Notes under the pieces: generated by a model
The model's database searches: none
What the model was told of the DNA's origin: nothing
Seen by the model: the letters and a program-made list of their open reading frames with translations, nothing else
Origin: an uncultured delta proteobacterium
Lineage (GTDB): Bacteria; Myxococcota; Myxococcia; Myxococcales; Anaeromyxobacteraceae
Direction: 5' to 3'
Assembly (NCBI GenBank): GCA_963828255.1
Contig: CAWHDZ010000028.1
Span: forward strand, 1 to 64,000
Length of the DNA: 64,000 nt
Shown: one piece after another, positions 31,927 to 40,841 of the stretch
Layout: each line of letters begins with the position of its first letter
Position numbering within the stretch: position 1 is the stretch's first letter
Translations under genes and position numbers: made by a program

Positions 31927-32781
31927 ATGAGTGCGCCCATGCCGCAGACGATCCGGGTGGCCCACAGCCCCGATTCCGACGACGCGTTCATGTTCTGCGG
32001 CCTCTTCAACGGAGCCGTGGGGGTCGACGGCCTCGCCTTCGTCCAGCAGACGGGCGACATCGAGTCGCTGAACCACGAGGCCCGCAACGTCACCCACGAC
32101 ATCACCGCCATCTCGGTGGCCGCCTACGCCCACGTTCACGACCGGTACGTGCTCCTCGACGCCGGGGCCTCCTTCGGCGACGGCTACGGCCCCACCGTGA
32201 TCGTGAGCCCGACCTCCCGCTTCCTCCGGCTGGAGGAGCTGGGACAGGCCCGCATCGCCGTGCCCGGGGAGTGGACCAGCGCCTACCTGGCCCTCCGCAT
32301 GCGCATCCCCGGCTTCGACCCCATGTTCGTGGACTTCAAGGACGTGGGACGCATGGTGAAGATGGGCAAGGCCGAGGCCGGGCTGGTGATCCACGAGGGG
32401 CAGCTCACCGCCCGCGAGGATGGGTTCCGCGTGCTCGAGGACCTGGGGGCGAGCTGGAAGGAGCGCACGGGCCTGCCGCTGCCGCTCGGCATGAACGCGC
32501 TGCGGCGCGACCTGCCCGATCCCCTGCGCCGAACGCTGGCCAGGGTCATGGCCGAGACCGTGGCCTGGGGGCTCGACCACCGCAAGGAGGCCCTCGACTA
32601 CGCCATGGGCTTCGCCCGCGGCCTGGACCGCGAGAAGGCCGACCGGTTCGTGGGGATGTACGTGAACGAATGGACCCGCGACGCCGGGCCCAGGGGGAAG
32701 GAAGCTGTGCGCCTCTTCCTCTCCGAGGCCGCCGACCTCGGGCTCGTCCCACGGGTGACCCCGGAGTTCCAGGAGCGCTGA
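31927..32781 (+). CDS. mqnD: 1,4-dihydroxy-6-naphthoate synthase MqnD
   Basis: AHSPDSDDAFMF, ASFGDGYGP, VIHEGQLT, LPLPLG, FVGMYVNEWT; start may be 31939. Confidence 0.88.
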   Translation: MSAPMPQTIRVAHSPDSDDAFMFCGLFNGAVGVDGLAFVQQTGDIESLNHEARNVTHDITAISVAAYAHVHDRYVLLDAGASFGDGYGPTVIVSPTSRFLRLEELGQARIAVPGEWTSAYLALRMRIPGFDPMFVDFKDVGRMVKMGKAEAGLVIHEGQLTAREDGFRVLEDLGASWKERTGLPLPLGMNALRRDLPDPLRRTLARVMAETVAWGLDHRKEALDYAMGFARGLDREKADRFVGMYVNEWTRDAGPRGKEAVRLFLSEAADLGLVPRVTPEFQER

Positions 32782-32785
32782 TCCC

Positions 32786-33427
32786 GTGCCGGCCCTCGAC
32801 CTCGCCCAGCCCTGGCGCAGCGACCGTCCCTGGGACCCGGCCGGGGAGCCCGGAGACCTGGACCGGCGGGGGCGGCGGGTGCTCTGGTGGGGGCTCGCCT
32901 CGGCGGCGGTGCTGCTCCCCTGGAACGCGCTCTCGGCGGGGCGCCCCGACCTGCTCTGGCCCGGGGTGGTGGCGGTGGCCGACCTCGTCCCGGCGGCGCT
33001 GCTCCTGCGCGGCGCCTGGATGCGCCGGGCCTGGCGCACCAGCGGTGCGCCCCGGCTCCGCTTCGACCGCTTCCCCTTCTTCCTCGGAGAGCCCTTCGAG
33101 GCGGTGCTGACGCTCGACGCCGCGGACGAGGGGAGGGGCGCGGTGGAGGTCACGCTGGCCTGCTCGGAGCGGCGGCGCGAGGACGGTGCGGCGGCATGGC
33201 CCGAGGTGGAGGTGTACCGGACGACCCAGGTGATCCTCCCGGCGGCGGAGACGGAGATCACCTTCGAGCTCCCCGGCGCCGGGCGGGATCTCGGCACGGC
33301 GCTCCGCGCTCCGGAGGCCCGCCGCTGGGAGCTCCGGGTGCAGGGGCGGGGGGGCGCCCGGGCGCAGGCCATCTTCCCGGTGCCGGTCTACGCTCCGCCG
33401 GTGGACGGGGAAGACCGGCCCGGTTAA
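32786..33427 (+). CDS. hypothetical membrane protein
   Basis: Two hydrophobic segments then a beta-rich domain (RFPFFLGE); fills the gap between mqnD and the next gene. Confidence 0.65.
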   Translation: MPALDLAQPWRSDRPWDPAGEPGDLDRRGRRVLWWGLASAAVLLPWNALSAGRPDLLWPGVVAVADLVPAALLLRGAWMRRAWRTSGAPRLRFDRFPFFLGEPFEAVLTLDAADEGRGAVEVTLACSERRREDGAAAWPEVEVYRTTQVILPAAETEITFELPGAGRDLGTALRAPEARRWELRVQGRGGARAQAIFPVPVYAPPVDGEDRPG

Positions 33428-33458
33428 CCCCACTGCTCCACCCCCGCGGGAGGAGCAC

Positions 33459-34019
33459 GTGGCCGACCTCGACGTCATCGGAATCGCAGGGAGCTTGCGC
33501 GCGGGCTCCCACAACCGCGCGCTCCTGCGCCTGGCCCGGGAGATCGCGCCGCCCGGGATGGCGGTCCGCGCATGGGAGGGGCTCGGGACCGTTCCGTTCT
33601 ACGACGGTGACCTGGAGGAAAGGGGCATCCCCGGTCCGGTCGCCTCGATGAACGAGGAGATCCAGCGCGCCGGGGCTGTGCTCGTCGTCACGCCCGAGTA
33701 CAGCACGTCCGTCCCGGGGGTGCTCAAGAACGCGCTCGACTGGGCGGCGCGCCCCCCGGGCAAGTCGCCCTTCCGCGGCAAGGTCGTCGCCATCACCGGC
33801 GCGTCCCCCGGGGCGCTCGGCACGGCCCGCGCGCAGATGGACCTTCGCCGCATCCTCACCGCCATGGGCGCACTGGTGGTCCCTTCACCCGAAGTGCTGG
33901 TCTCGCAGGCGCACCAGAAGCGGGACGCCACCGGCGCCTTCACCGACGAGGGGACGCGCAAGTTCCTGGGGAAGCTTCTCGAGGAGCTGGCGCGCTGGGC
34001 GGCGCGGTTCGCGGCGTAG
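33459..34019 (+). CDS. NADPH-dependent FMN reductase (ChrR/YieF-like)
   Basis: GSLRAGSHN, TPEY...PGVLKNALDW, GASPG..GTARAQ; GGAGGAG RBS. Confidence 0.92.
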   Translation: MADLDVIGIAGSLRAGSHNRALLRLAREIAPPGMAVRAWEGLGTVPFYDGDLEERGIPGPVASMNEEIQRAGAVLVVTPEYSTSVPGVLKNALDWAARPPGKSPFRGKVVAITGASPGALGTARAQMDLRRILTAMGALVVPSPEVLVSQAHQKRDATGAFTDEGTRKFLGKLLEELARWAARFAA

Positions 34020-34118
34020 CGCGGGGGGGACGGGGCCCACCGGTGGAGCGCGTGCTGGACCCGGATCGAGAGCGGGCGCACTATTGCCTGAAGCGGACCT
34101 GCGCGGAGGCGCCACGGA

Positions 34119-36980
34119 ATGTCAGGCGGGAAAGCCGAGCCAACGATGCCTCCGGACGCGGCGCGCAGCCCGTACCTGGCTGGACTCCTCTGGAGCGGCG
34201 GGGCCTGGGTGGATTCGATGTTCGAGGACACACCCGGCGGGCGGCGCCGGCTGGTGCTCGCCCTCTACGGGCTGGCTGGCCCTGTCTTCCTGGGCTCCCT
34301 GGTGATCCTCGGTTCCGGCCGGGGCGGCCCCGGCCCGATCGGCGTCATCGCCGCCCTGATCATCTCCGGCGCCATCTGGATGCTCGTGCGACGCAGGCCC
34401 AGGGTCAACGACTGGATCTTCACCGTCGCCGTCCTGCCAACCGTCTCCTGCGGGATCGCCTACGCGACGTCCGGCCTCACGGGGGTCGCCTACCTGGCCC
34501 TGCTCGGGGCCCCGCTGGCATGCGCCGCCGCGCTCTTCGAGCGCCCCGTCATGCTCGCCGCCCTCGCCACGGTCATTCCGACGGCGATGGTGTCCCTGTC
34601 GTTCCAGCTGGGCGTGCCCGCGGCTGCGGTGAGCACGCTGCTGCTCGCACCGGCCGCCGCCATGACCGGCTGGGTGGTCCACTCCTCGGCCGTCCAGATC
34701 CGAAGCACGCGCCGGAGGCTTCGGGAGCTGGCCGGTCGGGACCGGGCGCTCCTCCGGAGCCTGCCCGACGTCCTGGTGCGCGCCGACCGCCTGGGACGGG
34801 TCCTCGACATTCACGTTCCGTCAATTGGCGGCCTGCCCTTGCCACGCGAGGATCTGATCGGACGAAACATCCTCGACCTGGTTCCTGGAGACGTGGCCGG
34901 GAGCATGCGGGATGCCCTGGGCAGGGCCGTGGAGGTCGATGAACCCCAGACCGTCGAGTACACCAGCCCCGGCCCGAAGGAGGAGCGCGTCTACGAGGCG
35001 ACCCTCCTGCGCTCGAGCCCGGACGAGGTCACTCTCATTCGGAGGGACATGACCGAGCGCAGCCGCGCCGAGGAGGAGCGTCGCTTCTCGGCCGCGCTCC
35101 TGGGGAGCATGCAGGAAGCGGTCATCGCCGTCGACACCGGGCTGAAGGTGGCGTCCTGGACCGGGGGCGCCGAGCGAATCTACGGCTGGACCGAGGCCGA
35201 GGTGCTCGGGAAGCCGGTCGCGTCCTTCCTCCAGCCGGATCTCGCCGAGGCCGATGCGACGGCCTATGCGGCGCGCCTGGCAGTGAGGGGAACGGACCGC
35301 GCCGTTGTGGGACAGCGCCGGAAGGACGGAGCCTGGATCACCGTCGACTCGAACGTGGCCGTGCTCCACGACGCGGGAGGGAGGCCGAAAGGCTACCTGG
35401 CGGTCTGCCGGGACGTCACGGTCCAGAGGACCGCCGAGCGTGGGCTCAAGGAGAGCGAGGCGCGGCTTCGCGCCTACTTCCAGTCTCCGGCCGTCGGGAT
35501 CGCCATCACGAGCCCGACGAAGGGATGGATGCAGGTCAACGACCGCGTGTGTTCGATGCTCGGGTACTCGCGAGAGGAGCTCACCGCCACGACCTGGATG
35601 GAGTTGACCCATCCCGACGACAGGCCGGCCAACCTGGCCGTGTTCGACCAGCTCCTGGCCGGCGAGATCGATCGCTACTCCCTCGACAAGCGGTTCATCC
35701 GCAAGGATGGCACGATCCTCTGGACGCTGGTCTCCGCCAGCTGCGTCCGGGCGGAGGACCGAAGCGTCAGTTACGTGGTGTCCATCTTCCTGGACATCGA
35801 CAGGAGGAAGGAGGCCGAGGGGGCGCTCCTGGAGAGCGGGCGATGGCTGCGCATGAGCCAGGACATCGCCCGGATCGGGCACTACGTGTACGATCTCGAG
35901 AAGGATCACTGGACCAGTTCCCCGGCCCTGGACGCCATCTTTGGCATCGACGCCTCCTTCCCCCGCAGGGCGGCGGACTGGATCTGGATCGTCCATCCCG
36001 ACGATCGGGAGGAGATGCGGACCTACCTGGCCGAGCTCCTCGCGAGCGGGACCCGGTTCGACAGGGAGTATCGGGTCGTGAACCAGGCCACCGGGGCGAC
36101 GTGCTGGGTCCACGGACTGGGCGAGCTCCAGCGCGCCCCGGGCGGGGAACCGATCCGGCTCGTCGGGACGATCCAGGACGTCACCGCCCGCCGGACGGCC
36201 GAGGCCGAGCGCAACGCGCTGCAGGCGAAGCTGTCGCTCGCGGCTCGCCTCTCGGCAATGGGGACGCTGGTCGCGGGGGTCGCACACGAGATCAACAATC
36301 CGCTCGCCGCCCAGCTGGCGGGCCAGGGATACGCCCTCGATGTCGCCCGTGAGTCCCGGAGGAGGCTCGCTGCGCAGCCGCCGCCCCCACCGGAGGACCA
36401 GGCGCGACTTCTCGGCGAGGTGATCGAGACGCTGGAGGACGCGCAGGCGGCCGGGATGCGCATCGCGCAGATCGTCAAGGACCTCTCGGCGTTCGGGCGT
36501 CCCAACCCGGCGAGGACCAGGGTCCGGCTCGCCGACGTCGTCGAGCAGGCCGTGAACTGGATGCCCGCCACCACCTTTCAGGCCGCCACCGTCGACGTGG
36601 AGGACCTGGGTGCGCCGGACGTGCTCGCCTCGAGCAGCCAGGTCGAGCAGGTGGTCATCAACCTGGTGACCAACGCGGCAAGGGCCGTCCCCGAAGGAAG
36701 GAAGGGGAAGATCGTCATCCGACTCGGGACGAGCGGAACGGGCATGGCCCGCCTGGAGGTGATCGACGACGGCGTGGGGATTCCGGAGGCCATCCTCGAT
36801 CGGATCTTCGAGCCCTTCTTCACGACCCGCCCGGTTGGAGACGGGCGCGGGATCGGGATCGGCCTGGCCATCAGCCATTCCATCGTGGAAGCCCACGGGG
36901 GAGCGGTGACCGTCACGAGCGAGGTCGGCAAGGGCTCCACGTTCCGGGTCGAACTGCCTGCCGCCGGCGACCCGGCCTGA
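34119..36980 (+). CDS. membrane multi-PAS sensor histidine kinase
   Basis: N-terminal TM bundle, about four PAS/PAC repeats, HEINNP H-box, NLVTNA, DDGVGI, FEPFFTT, G.GLAI, GKGSTF; start may be 34146. Confidence 0.92.
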   Translation: MSGGKAEPTMPPDAARSPYLAGLLWSGGAWVDSMFEDTPGGRRRLVLALYGLAGPVFLGSLVILGSGRGGPGPIGVIAALIISGAIWMLVRRRPRVNDWIFTVAVLPTVSCGIAYATSGLTGVAYLALLGAPLACAAALFERPVMLAALATVIPTAMVSLSFQLGVPAAAVSTLLLAPAAAMTGWVVHSSAVQIRSTRRRLRELAGRDRALLRSLPDVLVRADRLGRVLDIHVPSIGGLPLPREDLIGRNILDLVPGDVAGSMRDALGRAVEVDEPQTVEYTSPGPKEERVYEATLLRSSPDEVTLIRRDMTERSRAEEERRFSAALLGSMQEAVIAVDTGLKVASWTGGAERIYGWTEAEVLGKPVASFLQPDLAEADATAYAARLAVRGTDRAVVGQRRKDGAWITVDSNVAVLHDAGGRPKGYLAVCRDVTVQRTAERGLKESEARLRAYFQSPAVGIAITSPTKGWMQVNDRVCSMLGYSREELTATTWMELTHPDDRPANLAVFDQLLAGEIDRYSLDKRFIRKDGTILWTLVSASCVRAEDRSVSYVVSIFLDIDRRKEAEGALLESGRWLRMSQDIARIGHYVYDLEKDHWTSSPALDAIFGIDASFPRRAADWIWIVHPDDREEMRTYLAELLASGTRFDREYRVVNQATGATCWVHGLGELQRAPGGEPIRLVGTIQDVTARRTAEAERNALQAKLSLAARLSAMGTLVAGVAHEINNPLAAQLAGQGYALDVARESRRRLAAQPPPPPEDQARLLGEVIETLEDAQAAGMRIAQIVKDLSAFGRPNPARTRVRLADVVEQAVNWMPATTFQAATVDVEDLGAPDVLASSSQVEQVVINLVTNAARAVPEGRKGKIVIRLGTSGTGMARLEVIDDGVGIPEAILDRIFEPFFTTRPVGDGRGIGIGLAISHSIVEAHGGAVTVTSEVGKGSTFRVELPAAGDPA

Positions 36981-37023
36981 GACCGGGTGCGGGGTCCCGG
37001 AGGCGCCGCCTCCCGCCAGGCCT

Positions 37024-37923
37024 TCACCTGCCCAGGAGCAGGGGCAGCTTCACGCGGACGTTCTCGCCCCCGCTCTCCGGGAAGGCCATCCGCGTGGCTT
37101 GCCTCTTCACGCAGGCGCCCAGGGCGGTCCCGTTGAGCTGGGCGTCGTCGAGCGTGGGATAGATCACGTTGCCGGTCGGTCGGACCGTCATGGTCACCAC
37201 GACCGGCCGGGGATTCGCGAGCAGGTCCGGCTCGTCGCGGCGCGCGTCCGCCACGCAGCCGTCGAAGCTCCCGGTGTGCAGCGCGAGCGTGGCCTGGATC
37301 TGCTGCTCGTCGCGCGGAGGGAGATCGGGTCGGGGCGCAACGGGCGCCGTGGCCGCCGGCTGCGGCGCCGGCTTGCTCACCGGCACGGGAGCCGGAGGGC
37401 TCGTCGCGGGAGCCGCGGCGGCAGTCTTCGGGGGCGCGCGCGTCTTCCCGTCAGCAAGCTTCACCGGTGGCGAGGGGGGCGGGGCTTCCACCTTGGCCTC
37501 CACGGGCGCGGCGGGCGCCGCCACGATCGGGGCCGGTGGCTCCGAGGGTGCAGGGGCCGCCGGGACGGGCGCGGGTGAGGTCTCGGGACGGCGAACCGCC
37601 TGCGGCGGCACGCGCGGGCTCGGGGAGGTGGCGAGGTACCAGGCGCTCCCGCCGATCGCGGCGAGGATGACCACGCCGACGAGGGCGAGCGGCCCCGCCC
37701 CGCGCTTCCGGGGGGCGGGAGGGGCCTCGGCGACCATCAGGGGCTCGCTGGCAGGGTCCGGACCGGCGACCGCCCCGGGTTCAGCCGGGTTGGGGGTCGG
37801 CGAGGGCGTCCCCTCCACCGAGATGATCTGGCCGCAGCGCCGGCACGGCATCTTGAAGGAGCGCCCCTGGATCCGGTCGTCCGCCACGTAGGCCCGGCCG
37901 CAGTTGCCGCAGGTGAATCGCAC
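37024..37923 (-). CDS. zinc-ribbon / TM / Pro-rich linker / AgmX-PglI-like C-terminal domain protein
   Basis: CGNC...CRRC N-terminus, TM helix, Pro/Ala linker, C-terminal TonB-C-like domain with two Cys. Confidence 0.75.
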   Translation of the reverse strand: MRFTCGNCGRAYVADDRIQGRSFKMPCRRCGQIISVEGTPSPTPNPAEPGAVAGPDPASEPLMVAEAPPAPRKRGAGPLALVGVVILAAIGGSAWYLATSPSPRVPPQAVRRPETSPAPVPAAPAPSEPPAPIVAAPAAPVEAKVEAPPPSPPVKLADGKTRAPPKTAAAAPATSPPAPVPVSKPAPQPAATAPVAPRPDLPPRDEQQIQATLALHTGSFDGCVADARRDEPDLLANPRPVVVTMTVRPTGNVIYPTLDDAQLNGTALGACVKRQATRMAFPESGGENVRVKLPLLLGR

Positions 37924-38178
37924 GGCGCCATCCTACGTTCGGGCGGAAGGAGGTGGCAAGGATGCTCCCCGGCGCCCCGGGGCAAGCCGCGGGAGGGAGT
38001 CAGCGACCCTTTACCTTCGATCGAACCGGCCGGGCCCTTCGCGCCCACCCGTCCCCACTTACACCTACAGTGAAGTTTCTCGCGCGTGGCCGGGCTCGGG
38101 ACCTTGCCGGGCCGCGCGGACCGTGAGAAAGCTGCAATGCAACCCCGGTCGCGTCTCGACGCGTGGAGGACGGCACGA

Positions 38179-39234
38179 ATGGCGTGGGCGAAGATCCTCG
38201 TGTCGGTGGCATGCGCCGCGGCGCTGGCGCTGCCTGGCCCGGCGGCGGGCGCGCCGTCCGCGGAGCCGAAGGCGCTCAAGAAGCACACGTTCAAGGTGAA
38301 CCCGGGCCCCCTGCCCGCCAAGGAGAAGGCGGCCTGGAGCCACGCACCCTTCGAGGCGGGCGACTGCACCATCTGCCACGCCAGCGCGGATCCGAAGAAC
38401 CCCGGCCCGGTCACGACGAGCGGCAACGCGCTCTGCTACTCCTGCCACGACGAGTTCCAGGAGATCATGAAGCGCCCGTACCAGCACCCGCCCGCCGTGG
38501 AGAGCTGCCTCAACTGCCACAACGCGCACAACTCCCGGGAGCGAGGGCTCCTCCATACCGAGCTGGCCACGGGCTGCAAGGACTGCCACCGGCAGATCAA
38601 GGAGATCGCCGAGAACTCGAGGGTGAAGCACGGCGCCCTCGACCAGGGCGCGAAGTGCGCCAACTGCCACAACCCCCACGGAACCTCGGTGGAGAAGCTG
38701 CTCATCCAGCTCCCCTACGACCAGTGCGTGAACTGCCACGGGGTGGACGACATGAAGGACCACGAGGGGGTCGTCCTCACGAACTACAAGAAGTGGCTGG
38801 AGGAGAACAAGGTCAAGCACGCGCCGGTGCAGGCCAAGGACTGCTCCGCCTGCCACCGGACGCACGGCGGCGAGAACTTCCGCCTGCTGATCGCCGAGTA
38901 CCCGGCCACCTTCTACTCGGCGTACGACCGCAAGAACTACGCGCTGTGCTTCAGCTGCCACAACGAGAAGGTGGTGAGCGAGCCGGAGACGCGCACGCTC
39001 ACCAACTTCCGCGACGGCTCCCGCAACCTGCATTTCCTCCACGTGAACAAGGCCGACCGCGGCCGCGCCTGCCGGGCCTGCCACGAGGTGCACGCCTCCC
39101 GGCAGCCCCTCCACGTGCGCGACGGAGTCCCCTACGGCCCCACCGGCTGGGTCCTCAAGATCAACTACACGAAGACCCCCACCGGCGGGCAGTGCGCCAG
39201 GACCTGCCACGACACCAAGAGCTACGAGAGGTAG
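38179..39234 (+). CDS. periplasmic multiheme (10-heme) c-type cytochrome
   Basis: Signal peptide; 9 CxxCH plus terminal CARTCH (CxxxCH); paired H..CxxCH.pH repeats; GGAGG RBS. Confidence 0.9.
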   Translation: MAWAKILVSVACAAALALPGPAAGAPSAEPKALKKHTFKVNPGPLPAKEKAAWSHAPFEAGDCTICHASADPKNPGPVTTSGNALCYSCHDEFQEIMKRPYQHPPAVESCLNCHNAHNSRERGLLHTELATGCKDCHRQIKEIAENSRVKHGALDQGAKCANCHNPHGTSVEKLLIQLPYDQCVNCHGVDDMKDHEGVVLTNYKKWLEENKVKHAPVQAKDCSACHRTHGGENFRLLIAEYPATFYSAYDRKNYALCFSCHNEKVVSEPETRTLTNFRDGSRNLHFLHVNKADRGRACRACHEVHASRQPLHVRDGVPYGPTGWVLKINYTKTPTGGQCARTCHDTKSYER

Positions 39235-39240
39235 CGGCGG

Positions 39241-40088
39241 ATGGGCGGCCAGGCGAGGCGACGGCTGATCCTGGGGGTCCTCGGGGGGCGCTCTCCGGCG
39301 CGCTCTGGCCGCTCACCGGCTCGGCCTTCGCCAACGTCGAGGTGGGGCAGCGGGTCGAGAACGTGGAGCTTGCGACCCTCGACGGACGCCGCGAGATGCT
39401 CCTGTCCGGAAAGGCGCTCGCCAACGTCCTCGTCTTCTTCCGGCCCGGCCATGATCGGTCGCTCGACACGCTGAAGGCGATGGCCGTCTGCGAGAAGGAG
39501 TTCACCGCGAAGCCGGTGCGCTGGGTGGCCATCGTCTCCGGCAGCCACGCGCGCGACGAGCTGAGGGCGTTCGTGGCCGAGTCGGGCATCCTCATGCCGG
39601 TCCTGCTCGACGAGGGGGACGCCCTCTACGGCAAGCTGGGCGTGCGGTTGCACCCGGTGATCGGCATCGCCGACGAGACGGGGGCGCTGCGCGACTACGT
39701 GCCGTACCACCGGATCAACTACTGCGACATGATCCGGGTGCGGATCCGCTACGCGCTGCACGAGGTGGACCTGGCGGCGGTCGAGCGGGTGGACCAGCCG
39801 CCGAAGGCCCTCTTCCCCAGCGCGGTGCCGGGCGCCGTGGCGGGGCGGCGCGTGAAGCTCGGGGAGATGTTCCTGGAATCCAGGCAGTGGACCAAGGCCG
39901 CGGAGCAGGCGCGCATCGCGATGGAGAAGGAGCCCGGGCTGGCCGCGGCCCACGTCCTCCTGGGCCAGGCGCTTTCCGGGCAGGGGAAGTGCCGGCAGGC
40001 CCTGCCCGCCTTCGACAGGGCGTTGAAGCTCGACCCGGGGAGCGCGTCTGCCGCCGAGGGCAGGCGCGGCTGCGAGGGGAAGAAATGA
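39241..40088 (+). CDS. exported redoxin/thioredoxin-fold + TPR protein (paralog 1); apparent 1-bp frameshift at G6 39283-39288
   Basis: MGGQARRRLILGVLGG joins ALSGALWPLTGSAFANVEVGQ... if one G is added; LATLDG, NVLVFF, PVLLDEG, HP motifs; TPR-like C-terminus. Confidence 0.75.
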
Positions 40089-40825
40089 CGGCGAATGCGG
40101 GAATGCTGTTCGCGCTGGCGGCCGCGCTGCTCGGGGCGCCGGCCGCGGCCACGGGGCACGTCGAGGCCGGGACCGTGGTGGAGGGCGCCGACCTCCCGAC
40201 CCTTTCGGGCGGCCGGGATGCGCTGCTCGTCCCGGGGAAGGTCAACGTGCTGGTCTTCTTCCGCCCCGACCAGGACCGCTCGGCGGACACCCTGCAAAGG
40301 CTCGCCCAGTGCGAGCCCCTCCTCGCGGGCAAGCCGGTCCACACGGTGGGCGTGGTGCCGGCGAGTGCGCCGCGCGAAAGGGTGCAGGCGATGGTGGCCG
40401 GGTCGCGGGTGAAGTCGCCGATCCTGCTCGACGAGGGGGACCGGGTCTACGGCCGCCTGGAGCTGCGGCAGCACCCGGTCATCGTCATCGTGGCCGCGGA
40501 CGGGAAGGTCCACGCGGTCGAGCCCTACCAGCGGCTGCGCTACTGCGAGATCGTCCGGGCGCGGGTGGGGCTCCTGCTCGGCGAGATCGATCAGGCGGCG
40601 GTCGATCGCATCGTGAACCCGGAGCGGGCCGCCTTTCCCAACGAGGTGGGCGGCGGGAGCGCGGCGCGCTACGTGAAGATGGGCGACCAGGAGCGGGCCA
40701 AGGGCAACTGCAAGCTCGCCATCAAGGCCTACGACGACGCCCTCCGGCGCGATCCGCTGAACGCGAAGGCGGTGGAGGGGCGGATGAGGTGCGGCGGCGC
40801 CGCGCCCCAGCCGCCGAAGCGGTAG
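40085..40825 (+). CDS. exported redoxin/thioredoxin-fold + TPR protein (paralog 2)
   Basis: ATGA overlap; signal peptide; NVLVFFRPDQDRS, PILLDEGD, HPVI, YCEIVR shared with paralog 1. Confidence 0.8.
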   Translation: MTANAGMLFALAAALLGAPAAATGHVEAGTVVEGADLPTLSGGRDALLVPGKVNVLVFFRPDQDRSADTLQRLAQCEPLLAGKPVHTVGVVPASAPRERVQAMVAGSRVKSPILLDEGDRVYGRLELRQHPVIVIVAADGKVHAVEPYQRLRYCEIVRARVGLLLGEIDQAAVDRIVNPERAAFPNEVGGGSAARYVKMGDQERAKGNCKLAIKAYDDALRRDPLNAKAVEGRMRCGGAAPQPPKR

Positions 40826-40841
40826 GGGGCCCGTTCCGAGA

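Noticed and set aside
24831..33372. Very long ORF-track calls in the mqn region (992, 801, 544, 1004, 763 aa) suggesting giant fusions
   Set aside because: The N-terminal extensions overlap neighbouring genes in other frames, and real starts sit at ATGA/GTGA overlaps or short gaps. Only MqnA-MqnC is a true fusion.
37300..37620. Low-complexity repeat-like sequence
   Set aside because: It encodes the Pro/Ala linker of the zinc-ribbon protein and is not a DNA repeat.
38163..40088. 641-aa ORF overlapping the cytochrome as a possible dual-coding gene
   Set aside because: The first ~370 codons are off-frame noise; better explained by the G6 frameshift in a gene starting at 39241.
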